Below are positions 45,439 to 54,060 of a DNA stretch of 56,810 bases, piece by piece; the first letter of the stretch is position 1; every line of letters starts with the position of its first letter. The notes under the pieces were generated by a model. That model saw only the letters and a list, made by a program, of their open reading frames with translations. It was not told the DNA's origin and made no database searches. The DNA lies in IMG/VR virus record IMGVR_UViG_3300013093_000003, positions 1-56,810 of that record, one strand, 5' to 3'. A program made the position numbers and the translations under genes. Source of the stretch: a virus (Duplodnaviria > Caudoviricetes).

Positions 45439-45664
45439 ATGAAACCGACACTTTCCAACTGCACGATTGGCCAATGCCGCTGGCCGCTGGCCGCTTTGGG
45501 ATACTGAATCTTTCCCGACCGTTGACGAAGCATTTGTTTGCGGAGCACCAGCGCGCAAGAGCTATTGCGACACGCATCACAAGCTGGCTTACGAACCTGC
45601 GCCAAAAGTTTATGCGCCGCGCAAACCGAAGCAAGAGGCACCCCATGACAGAATCAACTTTTGA
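45439..45664 (+). pseudogene. gcrA: GcrA C-terminal-domain-like gene, frameshifted by a 7-bp tandem duplication
   Basis: Removing one GCCGCTG unit gives CRWPLWD...FVCGAP....YCDTHHKLAY; as assembled the frame stops at 45507. Confidence 0.75.
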
Positions 45665-45893
45665 TGCGGTTTTCACGGCTGCAAAGCGCCACGGCCTGAA
45701 GCTAAATAACTTCTTCCAGCTCGGCGATATGTTCCGCGCGAACTGGCGCTTGGGCGACGACAAGAACACGTTTTGCAGCGAGTTTATAGACAACGTGGTG
45801 CCGTTCCGGGCTTTAGAAGAATCTTTGGCTGTTGCGATACGCACCATGCCGAAGCCGGAACCTGAATCCGCAGACTTAGACCTATTTGATTAA
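45645..45893 (+). CDS. Hypothetical protein
   Basis: GAGG RBS before ATG 45645; ends DLDLFD. Confidence 0.65.
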   Translation: MTESTFDAVFTAAKRHGLKLNNFFQLGDMFRANWRLGDDKNTFCSEFIDNVVPFRALEESLAVAIRTMPKPEPESADLDLFD

Positions 45894-45903
45894 GGAGAGA
45901 TTA

Positions 45904-46095
45904 ATGAGCATCACATCGCAACCCCGTTATTCCTACGAGACCGTAGAAAACGCGGAAGGCACTTTTGAATTTGAAATTTACGACGTGCAACGCGGGCTGG
46001 AGCCGGACAAGATTATCGGCTGGTTTCGACTCCGCGATGACGCGGAACAGGTTTGCGCGGTTCTAAATCGTGCGCAGCCGTTCTTAAAGCCGTAA
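45904..46095 (+). CDS. Hypothetical protein
   Basis: AAGGAG RBS. Confidence 0.65.
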   Translation: MSITSQPRYSYETVENAEGTFEFEIYDVQRGLEPDKIIGWFRLRDDAEQVCAVLNRAQPFLKP

Positions 46096-46404
46096 ATGAA
46101 GCCCCTGCACGTCTCCGACCATAGCATCGTTCGTTATTTGGAACGGTGCTATGGCATGAACATTGCGGCGGTAGAAGCCGAAATTTTGTCTATCGTCCAG
46201 CCCTACCATGACGCCGGTGCGGTTTACGCGCCAATCGGCGGCATGTGGGCGGCGATCAAGAACGATACGGTTGTGACGATACGCCAATCGAAACCCGGCA
46301 ATGAAGCCAAGATGAAGCACGACGCGGGCGGCGCGAACAAAACGCATCTGCGCGGCAAGCCTTTGCATTGGAAAGCCAAACAACGACACAGGAACCACCG
46401 ATGA
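46096..46404 (+). CDS. Hypothetical protein
   Basis: VSDHSIVRYLER motif; coupled. Confidence 0.65.
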   Translation: MKPLHVSDHSIVRYLERCYGMNIAAVEAEILSIVQPYHDAGAVYAPIGGMWAAIKNDTVVTIRQSKPGNEAKMKHDAGGANKTHLRGKPLHWKAKQRHRNHR

Positions 46405-46739
46405 AACGAGTTATCATTGAAAGCCCCTACGCGGGGACGCCCGAACAGATCAAGATAAACGTGCGATATGCGCGGGCTTGCGTGCTCGACAGCTTAATGC
46501 GCGGCGAAGCTCCGATTGCGTCCCATTTGCTTTACACGCAAGAAGGCATCTTGCGTGATGAGATACCGGGCGATCGGCAGATGGGAATGGACGCTGGCCA
46601 CGCTTGGTTAATCGGCTGCGACTTAGTGGCTGTCTATACGGATTTGGGCTTATCTATGGGTATGGTCGTAGGCGCTTCTCGTGCGAGAGACGCTGGCAAA
46701 CCTATAGAGATGAGAACTTTAGCGGGGTGGGGAGAATGA
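46401..46739 (+). CDS. Conserved phage protein (VIIESPYAG family, nucleoside-deoxyribosyltransferase-like fold)
   Basis: VIIESPYAG...GEAPIASHLLYTQ...DLGLSMGM. Confidence 0.7.
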   Translation: MKRVIIESPYAGTPEQIKINVRYARACVLDSLMRGEAPIASHLLYTQEGILRDEIPGDRQMGMDAGHAWLIGCDLVAVYTDLGLSMGMVVGASRARDAGKPIEMRTLAGWGE

Positions 46740-47842
46740 CAGTTCGTTTGGTTTGCGGCGACAGCCGTTTTGTTTTGAGCATGGAACCAGACAACTCGGT
46801 TGATTCCGTCGTCACTGACCCGCCCTATGCGCTGGAAAGCGTCGTCAAGCGCTTCGGCGGTGACGGAGCTGCGCCTGCAAAGGGTTACGGCAAGACCGGC
46901 GCGTATCAGCGCGCCAGTTCCGGCTTTATGGGTCAGAAGTGGGATACCGGAGAAACGGCATTTGACCCGCTGTTCTGGGTCGAAGTCATGCGCGTGTTGA
47001 AGCCGGGCGGTCATGTCTTGGCGTTCTCTGGCTCGCGCACTTATCATAGACTTGCTTCGGCCATTGACGACGCGGGGCTTGAAATTCGCGACCAGATCAT
47101 GTGGCTTTACGGTTCAGGGTTCCCGAAATCGCATGACGCTGGCGACGGGTGGGGCACCGCGTTAAAGCCCGCCCACGAACCGATTGTTGTCGCCCGTAAG
47201 CCGTTAGTTGGCACCGTGGCGAAGAACATGGAAGCATGGGGCGTCGGGGCTGTAAATATTGACGGGTGCAGGGTTGGCACCGAAATCGCAGGCTGCGGCG
47301 GAGGTGCAGCCGGAGGCAACACTTGGAACGAAAATAACAGCGGTCTTTGTAAATCCGGTGAAGCGCGTCCCGTAGTTGGACGTTGGCCCGCGAATGTTAT
47401 CCACGACGGCAGCGCGGAAGTTCTTGAAGGGTTTCCGCATTCAAAAAGCGGAGCGCCGGGGGTTCGGCGTAAGCCTCACGAAACAGGGTCGATGGCTGGA
47501 CGTCTCGGCCTGACTGGCGACGTAGAAACAGGCTACGGCGACGAAGGCAGCGCGGCTCGGTTTTTCTATTGCGCCAAGGCCAGCAAGGCAGACCGCAACC
47601 AAGGCGCGACCAACTCTCACCCCACAGTCAAACCGACCGACCTGATGCGCTACCTCTGCCGCCTCGTGACGCCACCAAACGGCATCGTCCTTGACCCGTT
47701 CATGGGTTCGGGCTCGACCGGACGGGGTGCGGTTCTGGAAGGGTTCCGGTTCTTTGGAATCGAAATGAGCGAAGATTACATGGCCATTGCGAAGGCACGC
47801 ATTGACGCGGCAAAACCCGAATTAGAAGGATTGTTTGACTGA
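46736..47842 (+). CDS. DNA N6-adenine/N4-cytosine methyltransferase (beta-class order)
   Basis: VTDPPY precedes HPTVKP and LDPFMGSGSTG. Confidence 0.92.
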   Translation: MTVRLVCGDSRFVLSMEPDNSVDSVVTDPPYALESVVKRFGGDGAAPAKGYGKTGAYQRASSGFMGQKWDTGETAFDPLFWVEVMRVLKPGGHVLAFSGSRTYHRLASAIDDAGLEIRDQIMWLYGSGFPKSHDAGDGWGTALKPAHEPIVVARKPLVGTVAKNMEAWGVGAVNIDGCRVGTEIAGCGGGAAGGNTWNENNSGLCKSGEARPVVGRWPANVIHDGSAEVLEGFPHSKSGAPGVRRKPHETGSMAGRLGLTGDVETGYGDEGSAARFFYCAKASKADRNQGATNSHPTVKPTDLMRYLCRLVTPPNGIVLDPFMGSGSTGRGAVLEGFRFFGIEMSEDYMAIAKARIDAAKPELEGLFD

Positions 47843-50055
47843 TGACTCTTTCGTGGGATTGGGAAACAAGAAGTCCCGTAAACCTTCCGACGCATGGCCC
47901 TTATGTCTACGCCATGCACCCCGACACTGACGCTCTGTTGGCCTCTTACAAATTAAAATGGAATGACGAGGCCAAACATCCGCCCGAAATTCAGGCTTGG
48001 GTGAGCGCAGGCGGAGCCCTTAACAAACTGATGCGCTGGAAAAGGGGTGAACCCTGTCCAGCGCATGTTCGTGCTTACATCGAAGCGGGCGGGCAAGTAT
48101 CGGCGCACAACGCCGCGTTTGAACGCCTTATCTGGTGGCATACCATGGTTCCAAAGCACAAGTGGCCAAAGCCGCGCATGGAGCAATTCAGATGCACGGC
48201 GGTTACGGCTGCGGCTATGTCTTTGCCTAGAAGTCTCGAAAGGCTGGGAGACGCGCTCGACTTATCTATAAAGAAAGATAAGCGCGGGTCAGACCTTATG
48301 AAGATACACTCCATTCCGATTGGCTTTGACGAAACAGGAAAAGCGATCTGGCACCCAAAAGCCGACGACCCGGAATCGTTGGAGCTTTATCATCAGTATT
48401 GCGATTCAGACGTTCTTTCGGAAGAAGAAGCCGACAGCCGTCTCATTCCTTTATCCGATGACGAGATGAAGGTTTACTGGCTTAACGAGACGATCAATGA
48501 CCGTGGCCTTCGTATAGATACCGTGTCGGCCACGGCGGCTTTACATCTGATTGACGAGGCAAAGAGGCTTATCAACGAAGAATTGACAACAGTTACAGAC
48601 AAAGCGGCGACGGCTGTCACGCAAGCTGCCAAGTTAAAAAAATGGGCGGAATCGCAAGGTGTGCTGATGCCGTCGATGGATAAAGACGACGTGAACGATT
48701 TCCTTCACGACTGCGATGATCTGCCAGATCGGGTCAGACGCGCGTTGGAGCTTCGGCAAGAAGGCGCAAAACCTTCGGTCGATAAAATATCTGCGATGAT
48801 GAAGCGTGTCGATTCCGATGGCCGTGCGCGCGGGGTTTATCTGCACAACGGCGCTGGCCAAACAGGGCGATTCAGTTCTCGCGGCGTTCAAGCGCACAAC
48901 ATGCCGAAATACCGCAAGATATTCGAAGACGCGAAAATATCGCAGTCAGAGCTATTCGACACAATACGAAGCGGCGACCCGAATATGCTGACCTTTATGT
49001 ATGGCGCCGACTTAGGCCGTCCCCTGCATCTGTTGTCTGATGCGGTTCGTGGTTTCATCTGGGCTGCGCCGGGGTATGACTTTGTGTGCGCCGATTATTC
49101 ATCTATTGAAGGCCGATTGGCTGCATGGTTTGCGGGCGAAGAATGGCTGCTGGAAGCGTTCCGGTCGCTTGATCGTGGCGAAGGATTCGGCATCTACGAA
49201 TTGGCTGCTGCTGGTATCTATAACATACCTGTAGAAACTGTTGACAAGAAAAAACGAGCCTCTGGTAAAGTGGCGACTCTCGCTCTTGGCTACCAAGGCG
49301 GAGCTGGCGCACTGGCGAAGATGGCCAGACAAAACGGCATAAAGCTTCCGACCGTTTTTGATGCTCTTTGGGAAAGTGTTTCGCCAGAGCGTAGAACCGC
49401 TGCCGAAAAAAGATTTGAGGAGCGGTTGGAAAAGCACGACGCTTTGGCCATGGCACTCGGTAAGCAGGGCTGGATTGCTGCCGAGCTTATCAAAGTCGGT
49501 TGGCGGGCCAAGCACCCGAAAATAGTGGAGTTGTGGGGTAAGCTGGAAGATGCCGCAATAGACGCTGTGAACAACCCCGGCTCTGTTGTAAACGTCGTCG
49601 GGGCTAGATACACGGTCGCGCATGGTTTTCTGTGGTGCCGCTTGCCTTCGGGCCGTTGTCTCGCCTACGGTTCTCCGAAGATGGGGGAAGTCGAAGCGCC
49701 GTGGGCGGATAAGACAGTGGAGCCCGCAAAGAGAGAAAAGAAGCTATCTTTGACTGTTCGCGGCGTTGACGCTGTAAGCGAGAAGTGGATAAGGTTTCCG
49801 ACATACGGCGGCAGTCTTGCGAACAATCTCATTCAGGGGTCTGCGCGCGATATTCTAACGCACGGGATGTTCAGTTCAGAAAAAGCAGGATACCCCGTTG
49901 TGCTGCACACGCACGATGAAATGGCCGCAGAAGTCCCGCACGGTTTTGGTTCAGTGGAAGAATACCAAAACATCTTATCGGTCATGCCGGACTGGGCAAA
50001 GACGCTACCTATGACGGCGAGCGGTTGGCGCGGTAAACGATACAGAAAAGATTAA
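47842..50055 (+). CDS. Family A DNA polymerase (APSE-like)
   Basis: DWET, AHNAAFE and YCDSDV exonuclease motifs; TGRFS, DYSSIEGR, K...LALGYQGG, HTHDE. Confidence 0.93.
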   Translation: MTLSWDWETRSPVNLPTHGPYVYAMHPDTDALLASYKLKWNDEAKHPPEIQAWVSAGGALNKLMRWKRGEPCPAHVRAYIEAGGQVSAHNAAFERLIWWHTMVPKHKWPKPRMEQFRCTAVTAAAMSLPRSLERLGDALDLSIKKDKRGSDLMKIHSIPIGFDETGKAIWHPKADDPESLELYHQYCDSDVLSEEEADSRLIPLSDDEMKVYWLNETINDRGLRIDTVSATAALHLIDEAKRLINEELTTVTDKAATAVTQAAKLKKWAESQGVLMPSMDKDDVNDFLHDCDDLPDRVRRALELRQEGAKPSVDKISAMMKRVDSDGRARGVYLHNGAGQTGRFSSRGVQAHNMPKYRKIFEDAKISQSELFDTIRSGDPNMLTFMYGADLGRPLHLLSDAVRGFIWAAPGYDFVCADYSSIEGRLAAWFAGEEWLLEAFRSLDRGEGFGIYELAAAGIYNIPVETVDKKKRASGKVATLALGYQGGAGALAKMARQNGIKLPTVFDALWESVSPERRTAAEKRFEERLEKHDALAMALGKQGWIAAELIKVGWRAKHPKIVELWGKLEDAAIDAVNNPGSVVNVVGARYTVAHGFLWCRLPSGRCLAYGSPKMGEVEAPWADKTVEPAKREKKLSLTVRGVDAVSEKWIRFPTYGGSLANNLIQGSARDILTHGMFSSEKAGYPVVLHTHDEMAAEVPHGFGSVEEYQNILSVMPDWAKTLPMTASGWRGKRYRKD

Positions 50056-50058
50056 AAG

Positions 50059-50088
50059 AAAAACCCGCTCAACCGAGCGGGTTTTTTA
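50059..50088. terminator. Bidirectional intrinsic terminator
   Basis: AAAAACCCGCTC-AACC-GAGCGGGTTTTT between convergent arms. Confidence 0.85.
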
Positions 50089-50496
50089 TTACGCGTAAAC
50101 TAGCATGGTTCTTTTAAACGCTCTTGCTTGTCGGGCAGCTTCCATTTCGCCTTCACGTTGCCAGATGCCAAGGTATCGAATTCTGAAAATGCCCGGGACC
50201 CAGACAGGAACTCTTTCTGTGTTTTTTCTGATAAATTTCCAGCGCTTTAACTGACCTTGGCTGACCTTATATTTAAATTCTTGAGTGACAGACCGAATGC
50301 CTTTATTGGCAACGCGGGGAGCCCCTGAATTTCGATACTGGAAGAACCCGCCTGCTTTTGCGTAATTCCAAGCTGTTGTGCTCGACACGCCCAGCTTTTC
50401 AGCCGCCTCCGCCAAAGTGTAGCCCGCTGACAGCATATCTTTCAACCTCTCTACTCTCTGTTCGCGCGCAAGTTTTGCCGGTGTTTGTGTGGCCAT
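50089..50496 (-). CDS. HTH domain protein
   Basis: GYTLAEAAEKLGVSSTTA. Confidence 0.7.
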   Translation of the reverse strand: MATQTPAKLAREQRVERLKDMLSAGYTLAEAAEKLGVSSTTAWNYAKAGGFFQYRNSGAPRVANKGIRSVTQEFKYKVSQGQLKRWKFIRKNTERVPVWVPGIFRIRYLGIWQREGEMEAARQARAFKRTMLVYA

Positions 50497-50499
50497 TGT

Positions 50500-50871
50500 C
50501 TACTCCTTAACTTCAATCTGAACATGCGCTGTGCCGGAACCGATGATTCCCAATTGCTGTGCTGCGCCTTTGCTTAAATCCAGAGACCGCCCCGTGTAAG
50601 ATGCCGGGCCGCGATCGTTCACAACAACATCGACGTGCCGGCCTTGATGGCTGACGCGAAGAACGGTTCCGAACGGGTAATTGCGGTGGGCTGCGGTGAG
50701 GGCTGACGGGCGAAACACGTCGCCGTTGGCGGTATGTCGTGCAAGACGTTCGCCGCCGCCATACCAGCTCGCCAAAACGGTTCCAGCTTGTTTAAAGTTT
50801 GTGGATGGCTCCGGCGAGTGGCTTTCGCAACCCGCCAGAAAAAGTGTTGAACACAAAAATAAATATTTCAA
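50500..50871 (-). CDS. rlpA: RlpA-like lipoprotein (DPBB lytic transglycosylase domain)
   Basis: Lipobox LAGC; ASWYG, TANG, TAAHR.YPFGT, VNDRGP, LDLS..AA..LG. Confidence 0.88.
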   Translation of the reverse strand: MKYLFLCSTLFLAGCESHSPEPSTNFKQAGTVLASWYGGGERLARHTANGDVFRPSALTAAHRNYPFGTVLRVSHQGRHVDVVVNDRGPASYTGRSLDLSKGAAQQLGIIGSGTAHVQIEVKE

Positions 50872-50901
50872 AAAATCAAGTCTCCTTTAACGATTCGTTG
50901 G

Positions 50902-51039
50902 TCATGGGGTGCCTCCTGTCCAATAATGGTTATAAACCTCTGCATAGTAGAAAAACGGCGGTACAATTAACGCAAAGGCAACGAACATCAGAAATACAGA
51001 TGCAGCGACCCCCGCTATGATTTTGAAGGCGTCTTTCAT
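50902..51039 (-). CDS. Small membrane protein (45 aa)
   Basis: MKDAFKIIAGVAASVFLMFVAFALIVPP...; AAGGAG RBS; not in ORF track. Confidence 0.55.
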   Translation of the reverse strand: MKDAFKIIAGVAASVFLMFVAFALIVPPFFYYAEVYNHYWTGGTP

Positions 51040-51082
51040 AAAAGCTCCTTCACGGTTTTAATGATCATCGTGGTCATGGGCG

Positions 51083-51217
51083 TTAATCCTCTTCTCGATT
51101 AACATTTACTTTTGAATTAACGATTGTTTTCTTGCCGCTATGGGCAATTCCGATTGCCAGAACTAAGCAACAGAAAGACATAACCCAAGCTAAGTTATTA
51201 CCAATTTCGAAAGTCAT
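51083..51217 (-). CDS. Small membrane protein (44 aa)
   Basis: MTFEIGNNLAWVMSFCCLVLAIGIAH...; ATGA coupling; not in ORF track. Confidence 0.55.
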   Translation of the reverse strand: MTFEIGNNLAWVMSFCCLVLAIGIAHSGKKTIVNSKVNVNREED

Positions 51218-51444
51218 TTCGTATTCTCCGTTGCAATTGATCGCCCGCAGTCAATGCCGGACAGATAAACGGCCAGAATTGCATTTTGAAATGCCACGCC
51301 GACATTTGAAGCATCGACAAAAATATCAAGGGCGACCTTTGTAAGCGCGGCTTTATGCTCATGCGAAACATTAAGAGCCGTCATTTCGTGTGGCACTCGC
51401 GTTTTGTTCATGAGTGAGAAGTGAACAGGGCGAAGATCGCTCAT
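51214..51444 (-). CDS. Hypothetical protein
   Basis: ATGA overlaps at both ends. Confidence 0.6.
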   Translation of the reverse strand: MSDLRPVHFSLMNKTRVPHEMTALNVSHEHKAALTKVALDIFVDASNVGVAFQNAILAVYLSGIDCGRSIATENTK

Positions 51445-52130
51445 CCCTGCACCTCACTGGCTAGGCTGCGGATAGCGGCGAGACCGTGAACTTGGTCTCC
51501 CTCAACCCAAAGCCGGTAAAGCATCGCTATTAATTGACGCATTTCGCCCCGCACGTTTTCAGGTGTTTCGCGTCCTTCCGCGCAGTGAATTGCAGATTTA
51601 ACAACCTCTCCGGCTTCCTCCGCGATTTTGCTGATAACATAGTTTGGCTGCGGAAATTTCTTCATGGCTTTTTCCGCTTCGACTAAACCTTCGTTTACAA
51701 GCGACAAAAATGTGTTGTCGGTTTTCGCCTCCCTTTCCAGCCCCTCCCGCTCGATCAGGGCGCGAAGTTTATCGGTAAACGTAAGAGTTATACCGAATTC
51801 GCTTTCAGTATTTTCAAGGTAATTTAGCGCGGGCCTCGCGGCCAATCGAAAATTGATGAGCTTGTTTTCAGCTTCAATCGCTCGCTCTCGCCAATATTTC
51901 AGACGATGTTCTACGCTCGGCATGTTAGTCTCCGTGATGTTGATTGGACGGCCACTGTCGCAATACCAGCAATCGGCATCAGAAAATCCCTTGGTATCGT
52001 CAGGGACAGCCCCGGCAAAAGCATAAGCCCCATCGCGCGTCCGTATGGATATCCAGCCAGTATCATTGCAGTAACGGCATTTCGGATTATTGCTCATCCC
52101 ATCACTCTCCCTCCATTTTCTAAACGCCAT
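51441..52130 (-). CDS. Zinc-finger plus MazG-like domain protein (true start possibly 52097)
   Basis: CRYC...CWYC N-terminus; KIAEEAGEVV...GEMRQL C-terminus. Confidence 0.55.
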   Translation of the reverse strand: MAFRKWRESDGMSNNPKCRYCNDTGWISIRTRDGAYAFAGAVPDDTKGFSDADCWYCDSGRPINITETNMPSVEHRLKYWRERAIEAENKLINFRLAARPALNYLENTESEFGITLTFTDKLRALIEREGLEREAKTDNTFLSLVNEGLVEAEKAMKKFPQPNYVISKIAEEAGEVVKSAIHCAEGRETPENVRGEMRQLIAMLYRLWVEGDQVHGLAAIRSLASEVQG

Positions 52131-52173
52131 TCGGCTTTGGTATCGTTCAAAAGCTCTTCAACAATGTCAGGCA

Positions 52174-52494
52174 TCACTTCACCTCCGGCTGTGGTGGGGT
52201 GGGTAAGGGTTTCCAGTGAGTGGGTTTCCAACGAGAAACTTCGAAATCGTTGACCTTGCGATCATTAGACGGGTTAAACTCCCAGAACCACGCTAACCAT
52301 ATTTGTCCGTTTTCGAAAAGTAATACGAGTTCACCTATTTGCGGGGGAGTCTCAATCGGCAACCACTTGCCAGCCAACTCGGCGCGGAGACGGGTGATTT
52401 CGGCGGCAGCGTCTCGAAGCAATTTTCCGTTGTCACAGGAAAATTCGTAAAAAATTGCTGCATCTGAATTTAAAAGTTTTACAATATCGCTCAT
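52174..52494 (-). CDS. DUF551-like phage protein
   Basis: WLPIETPP...PTHWKPLPTPP. Confidence 0.7.
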   Translation of the reverse strand: MSDIVKLLNSDAAIFYEFSCDNGKLLRDAAAEITRLRAELAGKWLPIETPPQIGELVLLFENGQIWLAWFWEFNPSNDRKVNDFEVSRWKPTHWKPLPTPPQPEVK

Positions 52495-53042
52495 TTCCCC
52501 GCCTCCTTCGCTTTGGTGAGGGCGGCGTGCAACCTTATAGATGCGCACGCGCAGGGCCACGGATGCCCGCATGTTTTTTCCCTTGCAACCTCATTGGCTT
52601 GATAATCATTAACCGCCGCCACCAACTCCGCTATTGTCTCGCGCTGGCGGGTGATTTCGTCGCCCTGTAAATACCAATGACGCTCAAAAAATTCGTGGTT
52701 GGCATTGGCTTTCGCCAAACATTTCGTTAACCGTTCAATCTCCGCATCCTTTGCGGCGACCTCATCCGGTGTCAGGACGCGGGCAATAGGCTTAATTTCT
52801 TTTTCGCGGTAATTTCCTAGAGAGGTTAAACACTCTCCATCAGTAATGCGGCCTACGACGATTTTGCCTAAATATTTAGGCAAAACCCACCAATCCTCCC
52901 CGTCTTGCGGCTCCGGCTTGTTTTCTGGCTGTGTCATGGCTGCGCCCTCTGGATAAACACGCGCGGGCTTTTTATCACCGCGCACAACGTCAATTGCCTC
53001 GGCCAATCCGGCTGCAATTTTGTCAAAAGCTTTCTTGGTCAT
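52491..53042 (-). CDS. Hypothetical protein (possible internal start at 52937)
   Basis: Coupled ORF with coiled-coil AKDAEIERL. Confidence 0.6.
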   Translation of the reverse strand: MTKKAFDKIAAGLAEAIDVVRGDKKPARVYPEGAAMTQPENKPEPQDGEDWWVLPKYLGKIVVGRITDGECLTSLGNYREKEIKPIARVLTPDEVAAKDAEIERLTKCLAKANANHEFFERHWYLQGDEITRQRETIAELVAAVNDYQANEVAREKTCGHPWPCACASIRLHAALTKAKEAGK

Positions 53043-53359
53043 GGCGACACCCTGCGCAAGTTTTCAATCTTTGCAACGGTCGCGCCGGGAACGACGCCGC
53101 CTAGCTTAACAATCACAGCGAACCCGTTCTGCAAGTGGGTAACGGTGTAAGCGGTTGCCCCGCCAATGTGACCGACCGTATCGCCAACGGCGATCGGCTT
53201 ACCCAAAACCGAATGAATGTCGCCCATATCGAAAGTCGTATCGTCGGAGTAATGTCCGATGCTGATTGATTGAGACTTCGGATAAACGGCTTCAATCTTC
53301 ACTTTGACGAGAACACAGTCGCCGGGTTTAAGATCGTTGAACTGTTTTTCGGTAATCAT
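53039..53359 (-). CDS. Hypothetical protein
   Basis: ATGA overlaps. Confidence 0.6.
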   Translation of the reverse strand: MITEKQFNDLKPGDCVLVKVKIEAVYPKSQSISIGHYSDDTTFDMGDIHSVLGKPIAVGDTVGHIGGATAYTVTHLQNGFAVIVKLGGVVPGATVAKIENLRRVSP

Positions 53360-53532
53360 GCTGAAAGCCCTTTCACTGGTGCAAGGCTGACCTTTACGTT
53401 CGCTCGCTTTGCGCGATTGGCGCGGATGGCCAACTTCAATTTAAGCGGTGTGCCTTCAGTGCTGGTCTGCGGTGTTACGGCGTGCGGGTTGTTCCCGAAC
53501 CGCATTTTCGACTTATCATCGTTGAGAATCAT
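53356..53532 (-). CDS. Small basic protein (58 aa)
   Basis: MILNDDKSKMRFG...; ATGA overlaps on both sides; not in ORF track. Confidence 0.55.
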   Translation of the reverse strand: MILNDDKSKMRFGNNPHAVTPQTSTEGTPLKLKLAIRANRAKRANVKVSLAPVKGLSA

Positions 53533-53882
53533 TTCTTCGCCCCTGTAGCTTTTGCAACAATTTCACGCGCGGCTTGAAACGCTTCTCGGCTGTAAACTTG
53601 CGCATCGTCGTTTTGGATTAAGAACTGAATAACTTTCAACATTTCAGGAGCCGCAGCAATCAAACGCGCGGTGGCCCACTGTATTGCTTCCGCTTCTTCT
53701 TGCGGCAAACTGAGTGCGCCGTGACCTTTTCCCGTAAGATACCCCCAGCCACGAATATCGCATACGTTTGTCACTCCGCCTTTTTCAGACGGCGCGAAGA
53801 CGTTAAGTGCGCGAAATCCTACCGTCCAAGGGCCGGGTAAAGGTTCTGCACGTAAAGTTGGTGTTGTTTCATTTACTAACAT
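53529..53882 (-). CDS. PGPW...ARLIAAAPEM family phage protein
   Basis: Same motif family as 2608-2943. Confidence 0.65.
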   Translation of the reverse strand: MLVNETTPTLRAEPLPGPWTVGFRALNVFAPSEKGGVTNVCDIRGWGYLTGKGHGALSLPQEEAEAIQWATARLIAAAPEMLKVIQFLIQNDDAQVYSREAFQAAREIVAKATGAKK

Positions 53883-54060
53883 CTGTTGCCCTTTTTGGTT
53901 CGGCTTCCCAATACCCTTCGCATTTGTCTGCGCCGAACTCCGGCGCAAAGTCTGCCCATGCTTGTCGGTATTCGCTGGGGCGGGTGCCGCTGTCTTTGTG
54001 GCGGTAACACGTCGGGCTGGACGGGCAAAGCACACAAGCGCACATTGAAATGTCGGGCAT
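53869..54060 (-). CDS. Small Cys-rich protein
   Basis: MPDISMC....CP....CYR motif. Confidence 0.6.
   Translation of the reverse strand: MPDISMCACVLCPSSPTCYRHKDSGTRPSEYRQAWADFAPEFGADKCEGYWEAEPKRATDVSK

Noticed and set aside
46736-47842. Methyltransferase as CcrM or half of a restriction-modification system
   Set aside because: No adjacent endonuclease, it resembles common orphan phage methyltransferases, and its specificity cannot be read from the sequence
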